DNA from: an uncultured Anaeromyxobacteraceae bacterium
GTDB taxonomy: Bacteria > Myxococcota_A > UBA9042 > DTJE01
Assembly: GCA_964522105.1 (NCBI GenBank)
Contig: CAZFVA010000001.1
Span: 80,343-144,342 of the forward strand
Length of the DNA stretch: 64,000 nucleotides
Reading direction: 5' to 3'
Shown here: positions 46,014-56,276 of the stretch, piece after piece
How the letters are laid out: each line of letters begins with the position of its first letter
How positions within the stretch are numbered: the first letter of the stretch is position 1
The notes under the pieces: generated by a model
Databases searched by the model: none
Seen by the model: only the letters and a program-made list of their open reading frames with translations
What the model was told of the DNA's origin: nothing
Program-made: the position numbers and the translations under genes

Positions 46014-46955
46014 CTATTCAGCGGGCTTTTCGCCGGAAGATTTTTCAGGAATCAGCATCGACAACGCTATTGATCCGCCGACCAGCAACGCAATCATTCC
46101 AAGGGAAACGACGACCGGCACCTTGAACAGGTCAACTATCAGCATCTTGACGCCTACGAACGCCAGAACAAGGCCGAGACCGTACTTCAACAGCCTGAAT
46201 TTATCCATGATTCCGGCCAGCAGGAAATAGAGCGCCCGCAGACCGAGGATTGCGAAAATGTTGGACGTGAAAACAATGAAAGGGTCGGTGGTAATTGCGA
46301 AAACCGCCGGAATCGAATCAACTGCGAACAACACGTCAGTGCCTTCAATAACGACCAGAACAAGCATCAACGGAGTTGCATACCAGCGCCCGTTTTCACG
46401 GACCAGGAATTTAGCCCCGCGATAGTCTGGAACTGTCGGCACAAACCGCTTGAAAATGCGAAGCGCGAAATTCTTTTCAGGGTGAACTTCGCCACCCCGG
46501 TTCAGCAACAGTTTGATACCGGTAAAAACCAGGAAGGCCCCGAAAATATACATGACCCAGGCGAACTTATGAATCAGCGCAACGCCGGCAACTATGAACA
46601 ACGCGCGCATTATCAGGGCGCCAAGTATGCCGTAAAACAGGACCCGGTGTTGAAATTGCTTCGGAACCCCGAAGTACGCAAAAAGCACCAGAAATACAAA
46701 CAGGTTGTCCATCGACAACGCTTTTTCCATCAGATACCCGGTCAGAAACTCAAGCGCATGCGTCGTGCCGAACCAGTGATAAACCCCGATGTTGAATATC
46801 AGCGAGAGTGCAATCCAGACAAGCGTCCAGAGAAGCGATTCACGAATGCTGACCGTGTGCGCCTTTCTTTGAAAGACGCCTAAATCAAGCCACAGCATGG
46901 CCACAACAAAAACCAGAAATCCAATCCAGAGAGCCGGAGTTCCGATACTTTCCAT
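46014..46955 (-). CDS. terC: TerC/Alx-family integral membrane protein
   Basis: 313 aa with a typical TerC N-terminus (..LWIGFLVFVVAMLWLDLGVFQRKAHTVSIRESLLWTLVWIALSL..). About 7-8 hydrophobic helices and repeated DNLFVF / DSIPAVFAIT blocks are present. Confidence 0.8.
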   Translation of the reverse strand: MESIGTPALWIGFLVFVVAMLWLDLGVFQRKAHTVSIRESLLWTLVWIALSLIFNIGVYHWFGTTHALEFLTGYLMEKALSMDNLFVFLVLFAYFGVPKQFQHRVLFYGILGALIMRALFIVAGVALIHKFAWVMYIFGAFLVFTGIKLLLNRGGEVHPEKNFALRIFKRFVPTVPDYRGAKFLVRENGRWYATPLMLVLVVIEGTDVLFAVDSIPAVFAITTDPFIVFTSNIFAILGLRALYFLLAGIMDKFRLLKYGLGLVLAFVGVKMLIVDLFKVPVVVSLGMIALLVGGSIALSMLIPEKSSGEKPAE

Positions 46956-47190
46956 ACTTTTCCCATACTCCAGTCAGATTAACCGGGACAACATCAAGCG
47001 GCATTCTAACTTGAAAGCCCGGTTTCAGGAAAGAACCGGGGCCGTGAAAGAATATTCCCGCCCGCCACAGCGGCCTCTGACGACTTGTCTCCATTGACAC
47101 ATATCTAATTCGGACTTAAATTACCTTAGATTGAAAGACGGCAGGTCTAAAGGCCGTCAGAACTGAAAGTGAACCTTCCTTTTTGACTAT

Positions 47191-48150
47191 ATGGCGGTGG
47201 TTACCATGGCATGGGATTATTCAGACAAGGTCTTGAAGTTGTTTCGCGACGCGATGGCTTCAAAGGCCGGCACACATATGGGTCGCATTCAGGACCCGGA
47301 CGGCACGGGGACTCACGGTTCGCTGTCATGCGGCGACGCACTTGAATTTTCGTTCAAGGTCGAAAAAGACGAAACCGACCCCAGAAATGACAAGATCGTT
47401 GAAGCCAGATACCAGACGTTCGGCTGTACTTCAGCCATCGCAGCTTCCGAGGCCCTTTGCGTACTGATTGAAGAAAAGAATCTGACCCCGATTCAGGCGC
47501 TTAAGATCACGAACGCCGACATCGTGGAATATCTTGACGGACTGCCGGCGCAGAAGCTGCACTGTTCTGTCATGGGTGCGGAAGCACTTGCCACCGCAGT
47601 TGCTGACTGGGCGCGGAAGCGTGGCGTCCCGGCGTCCGAGCTTGGCTTTGATCTCGGTCAGTTGAAAGAAGACGAAGGCCGTATAGTCTGCCGCTGCTTC
47701 AACCTGACCGAGCCTTTCATCCGCAGGAAAGTCAAGGAACTGAACCTGAAGACAATTACGGAGATTACGAACGCGATCAAGGCTGGCGGCGCGTGTACGG
47801 CGTGCCACCATGAACCGGGCGGACTTCAGGACATTCTGGATGATATCTGGGGCAAAAAGGAAAACGCGCCTGTCGAAAAGCCTTTACCCACAGAAACGCC
47901 TGTTTTTATGAGCAGAACGCCGTTCCAGCTTGCTCGCGAAATTGACCGGGTCGTTGAAAACGATGTGCGGCCCAGGCTGAAGTCACAGGGCGGCGACATA
48001 GAAATAGTCGAAATCCGTGACAAAAAGATATTCTGCCGGTTGCTTGGCGGGTGTCAGGGCTGCAGCGGGGCGCCGCAGACGCTTCGACTGGTCGTAGAAG
48101 ATGCACTTCGGGCCAAGGTTGATGCCGAACTTGAAGTCGTCTCGATCTGA
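47191..48150 (+). CDS. nifU: Three-domain NifU-type Fe-S cluster scaffold protein
   Basis: N-terminal IscU-like domain with three Cys (SLSCGDALEF, FGCTSAIAASEA, KLHCSVMGAEAL). Central BFD-like [2Fe-2S] domain (CRCFN ... ACTACHH). C-terminal NifU domain with CQGCSGA. Confidence 0.85.
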   Translation: MAVVTMAWDYSDKVLKLFRDAMASKAGTHMGRIQDPDGTGTHGSLSCGDALEFSFKVEKDETDPRNDKIVEARYQTFGCTSAIAASEALCVLIEEKNLTPIQALKITNADIVEYLDGLPAQKLHCSVMGAEALATAVADWARKRGVPASELGFDLGQLKEDEGRIVCRCFNLTEPFIRRKVKELNLKTITEITNAIKAGGACTACHHEPGGLQDILDDIWGKKENAPVEKPLPTETPVFMSRTPFQLAREIDRVVENDVRPRLKSQGGDIEIVEIRDKKIFCRLLGGCQGCSGAPQTLRLVVEDALRAKVDAELEVVSI

Positions 48151-48167
48151 CGGCGGGGGTTAACGCG

Positions 48168-49394
48168 ATGAGCGAAAAAGTCATATATCTGGACAACAAC
48201 GCGACTACCCCGATTGCGCCCGAGGTTCTGGAGGCGATGCTTCCGTTCCTGCGCGATCAATATTTCAACCCGAGCTCGACGTACCCGCAGGCAAAGATTC
48301 CGGCCGAGGCGATTGAATCTGCGCGTGAAAGCGTGGCAAGACTTGTCGGCGCGGGAAGCAAGTCGGAAATCATCTTTAACGGCGGCGCAACCGAAGGTAA
48401 CAACTCGGCTTTGTGGGGTGCGTTGCGGGCCAATCCTGACCGCAGACATATCGTTACGACAGCCGTCGAACATCCGGCCGTGCTTGAAGTCGTGCGCGAA
48501 ATGGAACGCCAGGGTTACCGCGTCACGTTCCTGCCAGTTAACAGTGATGGCAAGCTTGATGCCGCCGACCTTGTCAGGTCAATTCAGGACGACACAGCGG
48601 TCGTTTCAATCATGCACGCCAACAATGAAACCGGCGTAATTTTCCCGATTGCTGAACTTGCCGCGCTTGCGAAGAAAGTAAACAGTCAGATCGTATTTCA
48701 CACAGACGCGACCCAGACGGTCGGCAAGATGCGCATCGATGTACAGCACGACCTGAAGGACATTGACATACTGACGATGTCCGGCCACAAGGTCTATGCG
48801 GCCAAAGGCGTCGGGGCCATGTTTGTAAGGCGCGGCGCACGGTGGCGCCCATGGCAGCTTGGCGGACATCAGGAACGCGGGCGCAGGGCTGGAACTGAAA
48901 ACGTGGCGTCGATCGTCGGACTTGGCGCGGCCGCCAGGATGCTGATGCACCATGACGACAGTGCGAAGCTTCAGAAGATGCGCGACAAGCTGGAAACGGC
49001 CATCCGTGGACAGATTCCGAACCTGTTTATCAACGGTGCAAAGGCCCCCAGGCTTCCAAATACAACGAATTTCGCCTTTGAATATGTGGAAGGCGAATCG
49101 ATGCTGCTGGCCCTTAACGACTATGGAATCTGCGTTTCGTCCGGTTCGGCCTGCACCAGCGGCTCGCTTGACCCGTCGCACGTCCTGAAGGCGATGAACG
49201 TGCCGTTTTCGGCGGCCCACGGAAGTCTGCGTATCAGCACTTCAAGATTTACTGCCGAATCTGACATGGACGCGCTGATTGAGGCGCTGCCAATTGTGAT
49301 TGGACAGCTCCGCACGATTTCACCTTACTGGGATTCGGTAACGAACGCACCACGCACAGACGTCGACATGTTCGTTCAGGAAAAGTACCGATAG
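48168..49394 (+). CDS. nifS: NifS/IscS-type cysteine desulfurase (class V aminotransferase)
   Basis: N-terminal IYLDNNATTPIAPEVLEAM, the PLP-lysine region SGHKVYAAKGVGAMFVRRG, and the active-site loop SSGSACTSGS. It lies 18 nt downstream of nifU. Confidence 0.85.
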   Translation: MSEKVIYLDNNATTPIAPEVLEAMLPFLRDQYFNPSSTYPQAKIPAEAIESARESVARLVGAGSKSEIIFNGGATEGNNSALWGALRANPDRRHIVTTAVEHPAVLEVVREMERQGYRVTFLPVNSDGKLDAADLVRSIQDDTAVVSIMHANNETGVIFPIAELAALAKKVNSQIVFHTDATQTVGKMRIDVQHDLKDIDILTMSGHKVYAAKGVGAMFVRRGARWRPWQLGGHQERGRRAGTENVASIVGLGAAARMLMHHDDSAKLQKMRDKLETAIRGQIPNLFINGAKAPRLPNTTNFAFEYVEGESMLLALNDYGICVSSGSACTSGSLDPSHVLKAMNVPFSAAHGSLRISTSRFTAESDMDALIEALPIVIGQLRTISPYWDSVTNAPRTDVDMFVQEKYR

Positions 49395-49520
49395 GCCCAG
49401 GACCAGTACCGGCTGCGAAAACTGTGTCCTTTTCTTGAATTTTTCACCGTTTAATCAGGATAATGTCGGTGGCACGAATTTCGGTTACCGGCCAATACAG
49501 GTTAAACAAGGGGAATGGTT

Positions 49521-50285
49521 ATGAATAAATACAGAATGGCATTGCTGGTCGTTTCACTTATGGGACTTTCAGCTTGCGGCGACGTGGTCATCAATGAAGG
49601 CCAGATGGGCAATCTGTATTACGCGCTGCACACCGACTACATGGTCGATGAAATGTCACTTGAAAATGTGTGGCTTATCGCCGGTGTTCAACATCGCATC
49701 ACGGCCGGCCTGACCTCAAAGGGCGCGTCCAACATAAACAGCCCGTGGACAATCGAACACAGAATGTTCCCGGAAGCCAACACAACTATCGAAACGACTG
49801 AAGCTTCATCGGACTCGGCGATGGTCGGCGATGCACTCGTGACGGTCGATGTGCCGGGGGAATACACGCTGCAGTCATGGAAAGGCCGCGAACTTGTTGA
49901 CTATACGCTGCTGAATTTTGCCACACCTGATCGTCTGGACATCATCAGCTACGTCAAGCAGCCGGAAGAAGACATCTTTGTGAAACAGACGACGCAGACT
50001 ATGCAGGTCGGCATTTACGGACAGGCGACGTTTATCGCGAAGCCTGTGGATGCAGATGACCGCGAGCTGGTCGGCGATATCAGCATCCAGGTTACTTCAG
50101 ACCCGGAATGGGCGGCCGTTCAGGTATACAATCTTGACGGCGTCTATGAAAACGGGATTTATGCCCGGGCGATGCCGCTGAATCTGGTGTTCGTGGAATA
50201 TGGAAACATCAAGATAACATTGACCGAGCCCCTTACCGGACTTGTATCAGAACTTAACTTCGAAGTACCTTACCCGCCGGACTGA
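49521..50285 (+). CDS. Secreted lipoprotein of unknown function
   Basis: SD AAGGGG sits before the ATG. Signal/lipobox MNKYRMALLVVSLMGLSACG. No recognisable motif. Confidence 0.6.
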   Translation: MNKYRMALLVVSLMGLSACGDVVINEGQMGNLYYALHTDYMVDEMSLENVWLIAGVQHRITAGLTSKGASNINSPWTIEHRMFPEANTTIETTEASSDSAMVGDALVTVDVPGEYTLQSWKGRELVDYTLLNFATPDRLDIISYVKQPEEDIFVKQTTQTMQVGIYGQATFIAKPVDADDRELVGDISIQVTSDPEWAAVQVYNLDGVYENGIYARAMPLNLVFVEYGNIKITLTEPLTGLVSELNFEVPYPPD

Positions 50286-50317
50286 TCGCCAGGATCACTT
50301 CAATAAAGGAACCGGAC

Positions 50318-51568
50318 ATGAGTAATCAAGCCACAAGAATTTTCGACCTTCACACACACCCCAGCCTGAAAATTTACTATCTTCCCTGGCTGACCAGGAC
50401 TTTTCATACGGCTCCGTACTATTCAGGCAATCATTTCAATCCATTTGAATTCCGAACTCACTATGACAACCTGGACAAAAGCCCGATCAAAGTGTTGTTT
50501 AACGCCCACTATGTCATCGAACAGCGGTTCCTGAAAAACGGATTTTCCAACGTTGCCAAAAGTGCTTTCTGGGCCATGTTTCCAGCATATTACGCGCTGC
50601 TGCGGTTTGCAGATCCGTGGAAGACCCTGCTGAAGATGATCAAAACGCTGAATGTTTCGGCCCAACAGACCAATCGGATGGTCAGCAAAGATTCCGGCCA
50701 CAAGATGCGTATATGTACAAGCTGGCAGCAGATTGAAGCGCTGGCAGACAACGAAATCGGGCTTGTTCACGCCATCGAAGGGTCCCACGCAATCGGGTCC
50801 GGTCTGGAAAAGCTGCCGCGCGAACAACTGATGGCCGAGACCAGAAAACGGCTGCAGATATTGAAGAAACTTGGTGTTGCGTGCATAGGCCCGTCGCACT
50901 TTGATGACAATCCATATTCACCACAGGCTGAAGCTACTGAAATTATAGGCAAAATGGTTGATGGGAAACTGATGTCCGTGCGGGACACCAGCATAGTCCA
51001 GATGCGTCGGGCTGAATGGGAATGGGATGACAAAGACCACGCCGCCGATGATTTTTACAATGAACTGTTCAGACAGGGATTCGTCGTCGATCTGTCGCAC
51101 TCGCAGGATACTGCCAGATTTAAAGTCTATGATATTGCAGAAAAATGGCAGCGCCCCCTGATCGTGTCGCACGCCGGGCTGAAGCACTTTTTCAACCATG
51201 AATACAACATTTCTGACGAAGAGCTGCGACGGATTCACAGGCTTGGCGGTGTCGTCGGCCTGATTCTGTCCAAAAGATGGCTGGTAGACCCGGAAACCAG
51301 GTACTACAGCGGTAATGACGGCCTTAAAGATCTGATGAACTGCATGCTGCACATGCGGGATGTGACCGGGGACATCAGCGTAATTGCCATCGGAACCGAT
51401 TTTGACGGCATGACCCACCCGTTTTCAGACTGCTTCAAGCCAAGTCAACTGGACAGGGTTGCACACGCGATGAAGGCACACTTTACCGCCGATGAAGTCG
51501 ACCAGATACTGTTCAGGAATGCCATGAGAGTCGTCAAGGCTGCATGGATAACTGATGAATCCAATTAG
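50318..51568 (+). CDS. Peptidase M19 (renal/membrane dipeptidase)-like amidohydrolase
   Basis: Blocks collinear with M19 dipeptidases: HAIEGSHAIGSGLEKL.. (IEGGHSI..), VVDLSHSQDTARF ... PLIVSHAGLKHF ... DEELRRIHRLGGVVGLIL (VDLSH.S ... PVIFSHS ... DD.L..L...GGV.GV), and IAIGTDFDG (IGGDFDG). The N-terminal metal motif is DLHTH rather than DGHND. SD AAGGA is present. Confidence 0.6.
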   Translation: MSNQATRIFDLHTHPSLKIYYLPWLTRTFHTAPYYSGNHFNPFEFRTHYDNLDKSPIKVLFNAHYVIEQRFLKNGFSNVAKSAFWAMFPAYYALLRFADPWKTLLKMIKTLNVSAQQTNRMVSKDSGHKMRICTSWQQIEALADNEIGLVHAIEGSHAIGSGLEKLPREQLMAETRKRLQILKKLGVACIGPSHFDDNPYSPQAEATEIIGKMVDGKLMSVRDTSIVQMRRAEWEWDDKDHAADDFYNELFRQGFVVDLSHSQDTARFKVYDIAEKWQRPLIVSHAGLKHFFNHEYNISDEELRRIHRLGGVVGLILSKRWLVDPETRYYSGNDGLKDLMNCMLHMRDVTGDISVIAIGTDFDGMTHPFSDCFKPSQLDRVAHAMKAHFTADEVDQILFRNAMRVVKAAWITDESN

Positions 51569-51739
51569 ATATTAGATAACTGACCGGGCCACGGTTGTTT
51601 GAAAGTTTTCATTGATCTGCCGACAGACGACATGGGCGGCCGTCGCCGGCACAGGGGGTCAGGAACTTCGGAAACCGTGGCACAAAACGCAGCAACCGTT
51701 CAACGCATCAGGTCAACACGAACTGGTCAGCACCGCGAA

Positions 51740-53020
51740 TCAGCGACCGTCAATCTTCGACGATCCACCGTTATAACCGCTTGTTCTGAAAGAATTTTCA
51801 GGCGTACACTTTGAATACGACTGACTTTCAAATTCACTGCCGCCGACAGAACTGAAGATCATGCTGCCATTGTCGTTGGTGTTCATTTCATTCGGATTGG
51901 CCCTGGCGCCAAAGCCGAGATTTTCCATGACACTGCCAAAACGACGCGTGCGTACGTTGAACTGACTGACCGGGGCCGAATCTGCAAACGGCATCGGACG
52001 TGAACCTGACATGAAGTCTTCGTCCTGGCTGACTATTGGCAGGGGCTCGCGGATCGATTCAATGTCGTCCATTCCGGACGCAATAATCGTGACTTTAACT
52101 TTCTCGCCAAGGCGGTCATCTTCGGCGAGGCCGAAGCTGATGTTGCCATTTTCATCAAGGCATTCGCGGACGCGTTCCATGATGATTCCGGCTTCTTCAA
52201 GGGTGCCGCTCGGACCCTGAATGATGTTGATCAGGATGCTTCTGGCACCTTCGACCGGGGTGTCTTCCATAAGCGGGTTGCACAGGGCCATGTGGACCGC
52301 GTTTTCAGCCCTGTTGGAGCCTTCGCCGATACCTGTGCCGATGACGCACTGACCGCAGTTCTCCAGAACCGACTTCACGTCTTCAAAGTCGCGGTTGATA
52401 TAACCGGGACGGGTAACCAGCTCGACGACTCCGGCGACCGCGTCGCACAGAATCTGGTCAAAACGCTGGAAGGCGTTACGGGAAGGGACGCCCTTTGACA
52501 TCTTCAGCATCTTGTCATTCGGGATCGTAACAAACGCATCGACATGGGATTTCAGTTCTTCAAGGCCCGCCCATGCACGGTCGTTTTTGACACGGCCATC
52601 CCACGAAAATGGCATCGTCGCGACAGCAACGGTCAGAATGCCCATTGAACGCGCGATTTCGCCGATGACTGGCGTTGCGCCGGTACCTGTTCCACCGCCC
52701 AGACCGGTCGGAAGAACGACCATGTGCGCGCCACGCAGAATCTCTTCAATGGCCTTACGTTCCTGCATCGCAGCGTCACGGCCCTTGACGGGGTCGCCGC
52801 CGGTTCCATGGCCCTGTGTCGGTCCTGACAGCGCAAGCCTGATGTCTGCGCGTGACTGGCTCAGATGCTGAGCGTCAGTGTTCACCGCGATGTACTGCAC
52901 GCCGGTGATTTCATTTTCAATCATCGTATTGACGGCATTAACGCCGCCGCTGCCTACGCCAACGACCTTGATGACTGCTCCGATTGCGTTTTCGACGCTG
53001 TCCACGATTTCAAAACCCAT
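51740..53020 (-). CDS. ftsZ: Cell division GTPase FtsZ
   Basis: MGFEIVDSVENAIGAVIKVVGVGSGGVNAVNTMI, the tubulin signature GGGTGTGATPVIGEIAR, and NTDAQHL. It has a long variable C-terminal linker. The track ORF is trimmed to the ATG at 53020. Confidence 0.95.
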   Translation of the reverse strand: MGFEIVDSVENAIGAVIKVVGVGSGGVNAVNTMIENEITGVQYIAVNTDAQHLSQSRADIRLALSGPTQGHGTGGDPVKGRDAAMQERKAIEEILRGAHMVVLPTGLGGGTGTGATPVIGEIARSMGILTVAVATMPFSWDGRVKNDRAWAGLEELKSHVDAFVTIPNDKMLKMSKGVPSRNAFQRFDQILCDAVAGVVELVTRPGYINRDFEDVKSVLENCGQCVIGTGIGEGSNRAENAVHMALCNPLMEDTPVEGARSILINIIQGPSGTLEEAGIIMERVRECLDENGNISFGLAEDDRLGEKVKVTIIASGMDDIESIREPLPIVSQDEDFMSGSRPMPFADSAPVSQFNVRTRRFGSVMENLGFGARANPNEMNTNDNGSMIFSSVGGSEFESQSYSKCTPENSFRTSGYNGGSSKIDGR

Positions 53021-53086
53021 CTCGTACCCCCTGTTGATGCCGGTAACACATTTCAAAAGTCCCCGAAGGGACTGCCCATAACGTAA

Positions 53087-54337
53087 CTAGAACAAATAGT
53101 TCACGACCCTTTTTAATAGACCGCTCAGCCCGCTGCCTGGCTGGGCCCCTGCCGACCTGGGACACATCGGCGACGCACCTTCGTCCTGAATTGTCATTGC
53201 CCCGTACAGTGCTGTTCCCCACGCGGCGGAAAGGCCGGGATTGCTGTCCATTATTGACTTCAAGCCCTTGATATTGCAGGGGTTGCCGATACGGACCGGG
53301 ATTCCAAGGATTTCATCTGCAATCTCGGTGATGCCGGACAGACGGGCCGACCCGCCAGAGATAACCATGCCGGCCGCCAGCTTCTGCAGGTCAACGGTCC
53401 GGCTCAGCTTTTCACCGATATGTGTAAACATCTCGACGACTGTCGGCTGAATGATGTCTTCAACCAGTGTTCTGCGGCTGATTTCACAGGCGCCCCGACC
53501 ACCGACCGTGACTACCTTCAGGTTTTCAGAAGCGTCGTATGTGCTCTGCCATGCTGATCCGAACCGAATCTTGGTGTCTTCGGCACACGCCACCGGGGTC
53601 CGCAGGCTGCGACTGATGGCTGTCGTAATCAGGTCGCCGCCGACATCGATTACGCCGGTCCATTCGGGACGACCGTCAATCCAGATCTGAACGTCAGTTG
53701 TGCCGCCGCCCATGTCGAGCATGACGACTCCCATTTCCTTTTCTTCATCTTCCAGAACCGCAAGAGCTGTGGCCAGCGGGGCCGCCACAAAATCACGGAC
53801 GCGCAGCGATGCGCCTTCAACGCAGCGGCGAATGTTGTCAACGGCGGCTTTCGAAGCAATGATCATGTGAACGTCGGCTTCAAGCTGAATGCCTGACATT
53901 CCGATCGGATCCCTGATTCCTTCGTGCTTATCCAGAATGTACTGTCTTGGTACGACACTGACGATCATGCAATCGTCGGGAATCCTTACGGCCATCGCGT
54001 TCTGAAGGACGCTGGCGACATCGCCGCGCGTTACTTCAGTGCACTTCTGGTGGTAATACGAGCCGCGATTGTTCATACTGTAAATGTGCGTACCACTTAC
54101 GCACACCAGCACGTCACCAAGCTCGCATCCAGACATCTGTTCGGCGTCAGCCTTGGCACGCGCAATCGCCTTGACGGTTTCATTGATTGAAACCACACGT
54201 CCGGCGTCAAGGCCCTCGCAGGGGGCTGTTCCGACGCCCAGAACGGTCACTCCCTCGGAAGTGACCTCAGCGATGACAATCACAATCTCGGAGCTTCCAA
54301 GATCCAATGCTCCAAGAATTTCGCGTTTACCCTTCAT
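53087..54337 (-). CDS. ftsA: Cell division protein FtsA (actin-like ATPase)
   Basis: N-terminus ILGALDLGSSEIVIVIAE. Actin-fold phosphate-binding motifs are VVMLDMGGGTTDVQIW and VISGGSARLSGI. It is immediately upstream of ftsZ. Confidence 0.9.
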   Translation of the reverse strand: MKGKREILGALDLGSSEIVIVIAEVTSEGVTVLGVGTAPCEGLDAGRVVSINETVKAIARAKADAEQMSGCELGDVLVCVSGTHIYSMNNRGSYYHQKCTEVTRGDVASVLQNAMAVRIPDDCMIVSVVPRQYILDKHEGIRDPIGMSGIQLEADVHMIIASKAAVDNIRRCVEGASLRVRDFVAAPLATALAVLEDEEKEMGVVMLDMGGGTTDVQIWIDGRPEWTGVIDVGGDLITTAISRSLRTPVACAEDTKIRFGSAWQSTYDASENLKVVTVGGRGACEISRRTLVEDIIQPTVVEMFTHIGEKLSRTVDLQKLAAGMVISGGSARLSGITEIADEILGIPVRIGNPCNIKGLKSIMDSNPGLSAAWGTALYGAMTIQDEGASPMCPRSAGAQPGSGLSGLLKRVVNYLF

Positions 54338-54360
54338 ATCGGCCTCCCGAAAAGTGCCTG

Positions 54361-55314
54361 TTAAAACGAATCCATGCGGGTAAGTGGCCGCATCTCTTCG
54401 TCATTTTCACTACCTTTATGACACCGCAACGTAACTGAACCGGGACTGGACTCGTTATCCAGAAACATTTCCTCGATCTCAAGACCACGATCGGCAGCTA
54501 TCTCGACTGCTTTGGCCATGCGACTGACTTTGTCCTCGAAGGGGGCAAAACCGAACACGACCGTCGGTCTGGCCGGCATCTTCAGCGCAAATCCCATGGC
54601 CGGCTGCCACGACACTGTCACGCCGCCTGCAACCCATTCAGGCTGCGAAGCTTCCATTGATGCAACCAGCCTGATGGCGCTTAAAACCACGCCTTCGACA
54701 GATTCAATTCTCTGTGAATTCAGAAGCTTTTCGTGTTCAATCCTTGCCTTCACCTGCCACACGGTTTCTTCTGCGGCGACCGGTACAACGATCGGTTCCA
54801 GCTTTTCTTCCAGGCCCTCAAGCAGAGGCAGTCCGGCCGCCCAGTCAGGCTCGACGCCGGGAATCTGACGGCCCTGCGCGTTGAACGATGTAAGACCCTT
54901 GCGATCAGATACCAGGATTACAGGACGCGCTTCGCGGACCCTGATTGTGAGCGTGTCCGGCAGAACCTTTTCCACGGCGACCCATTCGATCCGCGCATCC
55001 TCTAAACATGTTCTTTCAACACTGCCGGTAAGCAGTGAAAATATCTCGGTTTTTCCGGGCTGAAGGCCGCATGCACTTTCAATCTCGGAAGGATCAAGTC
55101 TGTCAGTTCCACACACTTCAACCGTCTTAAGGACAAAATGATCTGTTGAGCCGAGCACATTAACAGCCTCAAAAATCCCGTATCCGACGACACCGATGGC
55201 GGAACATATCAGGATGGCGGGGCCGGTCTTTTTCAGACCTTTAAGGACGGAAGAACACACACCCCTGCATCTCTGGGAAAAGGTGAGAATTCTGCGATTT
55301 CCTGCCATCGTCAT
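54361..55314 (-). CDS. ftsQ: Cell division protein FtsQ/DivIB (POTRA domain)
   Basis: Single N-terminal TM (PAILICSAIGVVGYGIF), followed by a POTRA-like block HFVLKTVEVCGTDRLDPSEIE. Its position between murB and ftsA is diagnostic of the dcw cluster. Confidence 0.65.
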   Translation of the reverse strand: MTMAGNRRILTFSQRCRGVCSSVLKGLKKTGPAILICSAIGVVGYGIFEAVNVLGSTDHFVLKTVEVCGTDRLDPSEIESACGLQPGKTEIFSLLTGSVERTCLEDARIEWVAVEKVLPDTLTIRVREARPVILVSDRKGLTSFNAQGRQIPGVEPDWAAGLPLLEGLEEKLEPIVVPVAAEETVWQVKARIEHEKLLNSQRIESVEGVVLSAIRLVASMEASQPEWVAGGVTVSWQPAMGFALKMPARPTVVFGFAPFEDKVSRMAKAVEIAADRGLEIEEMFLDNESSPGSVTLRCHKGSENDEEMRPLTRMDSF

Positions 55315-55322
55315 ACCCCTGT

Positions 55323-56276
55323 CTAAGGCAATTCCTTGATCCAGCGATCTGCACCGCGACCAACGATCTTTACTTCCCGTGTCAACTGGACGCCCTTCGA
55401 AACTGCGACCGTGTTTCTTACCTGCATGGCCAGATTCAGAAGGTCATCAGCCGTAGCGCCGCCACCGTTCATCAGGAAATTTGCATGCTTTTGCGAAACG
55501 ACCGCGCCACCAACCTGTGTACCTTTAAGTCCGCATTCTTCAATCAACTGACCGGCAAAAAGCCCGGCTTCCGGATCGGGGTTTCTGAAGAACGAGCCGG
55601 CTGTTCCCGACGCCGGGGGATGATTGTTCCGACGCAGTTCAGACAGACAACGGGCAATTTCTTCGCAGTCCTGCGAACGGCCCGGATTCAGGGTGAACGT
55701 CGCCGAAGTCAGGACCTCATCATCATTCAGGGAAGAAGTCCGGTACCCCAGATTCAGTTCTGACGCCTTAACGACGCGGCGACCACGTTTCGAAATGGTC
55801 TCGACTTCCACCAGCGAGCAGTCCACGTATCCGTACCTGGTCCCGGCATTCATGGCCACCGCGCCGCCGATCGTTCCCGGAATTCCGGTCAAGTATTCAA
55901 GTCCAGAAAATCCAGCGCGACAGACGGCGGCAAGCAGAACAGCAATGTTCAGGCCGGCGCCCGCCGTAACGATTGGCTGACCGTCAGGGGCGAAATTGAT
56001 TCCGCTCAATCCGGATCCCGGGACCACGACAGCGCCGTCGATTCCTTCGTCCATTACAAGCAGATTTGAACCGGCACCAGATACGATCCAGGGGCAGTTG
56101 GCCGCAGCCAGTTCACAAAGCACCGCCTCGATTGCCGATGCAGATTCGCATGTGACATAAAGGTCCGCCGGGCCGCCGATCTGAAGCGTCGTGTGACGGC
56201 TCATCGGTTCCATTTCGCGGACTTCGACGCCGTCGATTCCACGAAGTGCCACAGCGATTTGACCCGATGCCTTCAT
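55323..56276 (-). CDS. murB: UDP-N-acetylenolpyruvoylglucosamine reductase MurB
   Basis: FAD-binding domain motifs TLQIGGPADLYV and GAGSNLLVMDEGIDGAVVV. C-terminal substrate domain has RNPDPEAGLFAGQLIEECGLKGTQVGGAVVSQKHANFL. Confidence 0.85.
   Translation of the reverse strand: MKASGQIAVALRGIDGVEVREMEPMSRHTTLQIGGPADLYVTCESASAIEAVLCELAAANCPWIVSGAGSNLLVMDEGIDGAVVVPGSGLSGINFAPDGQPIVTAGAGLNIAVLLAAVCRAGFSGLEYLTGIPGTIGGAVAMNAGTRYGYVDCSLVEVETISKRGRRVVKASELNLGYRTSSLNDDEVLTSATFTLNPGRSQDCEEIARCLSELRRNNHPPASGTAGSFFRNPDPEAGLFAGQLIEECGLKGTQVGGAVVSQKHANFLMNGGGATADDLLNLAMQVRNTVAVSKGVQLTREVKIVGRGADRWIKELP

Noticed and set aside
46956-47190. Possible yybP-ykoY (Mn2+) riboswitch upstream of terC
   Set aside because: TerC genes are often preceded by this riboswitch, but I could not find the conserved GGGGAGUAG loop (CTACTCCCC on the plus strand) or the CAUA/UUGACA elements in the 235-nt leader.
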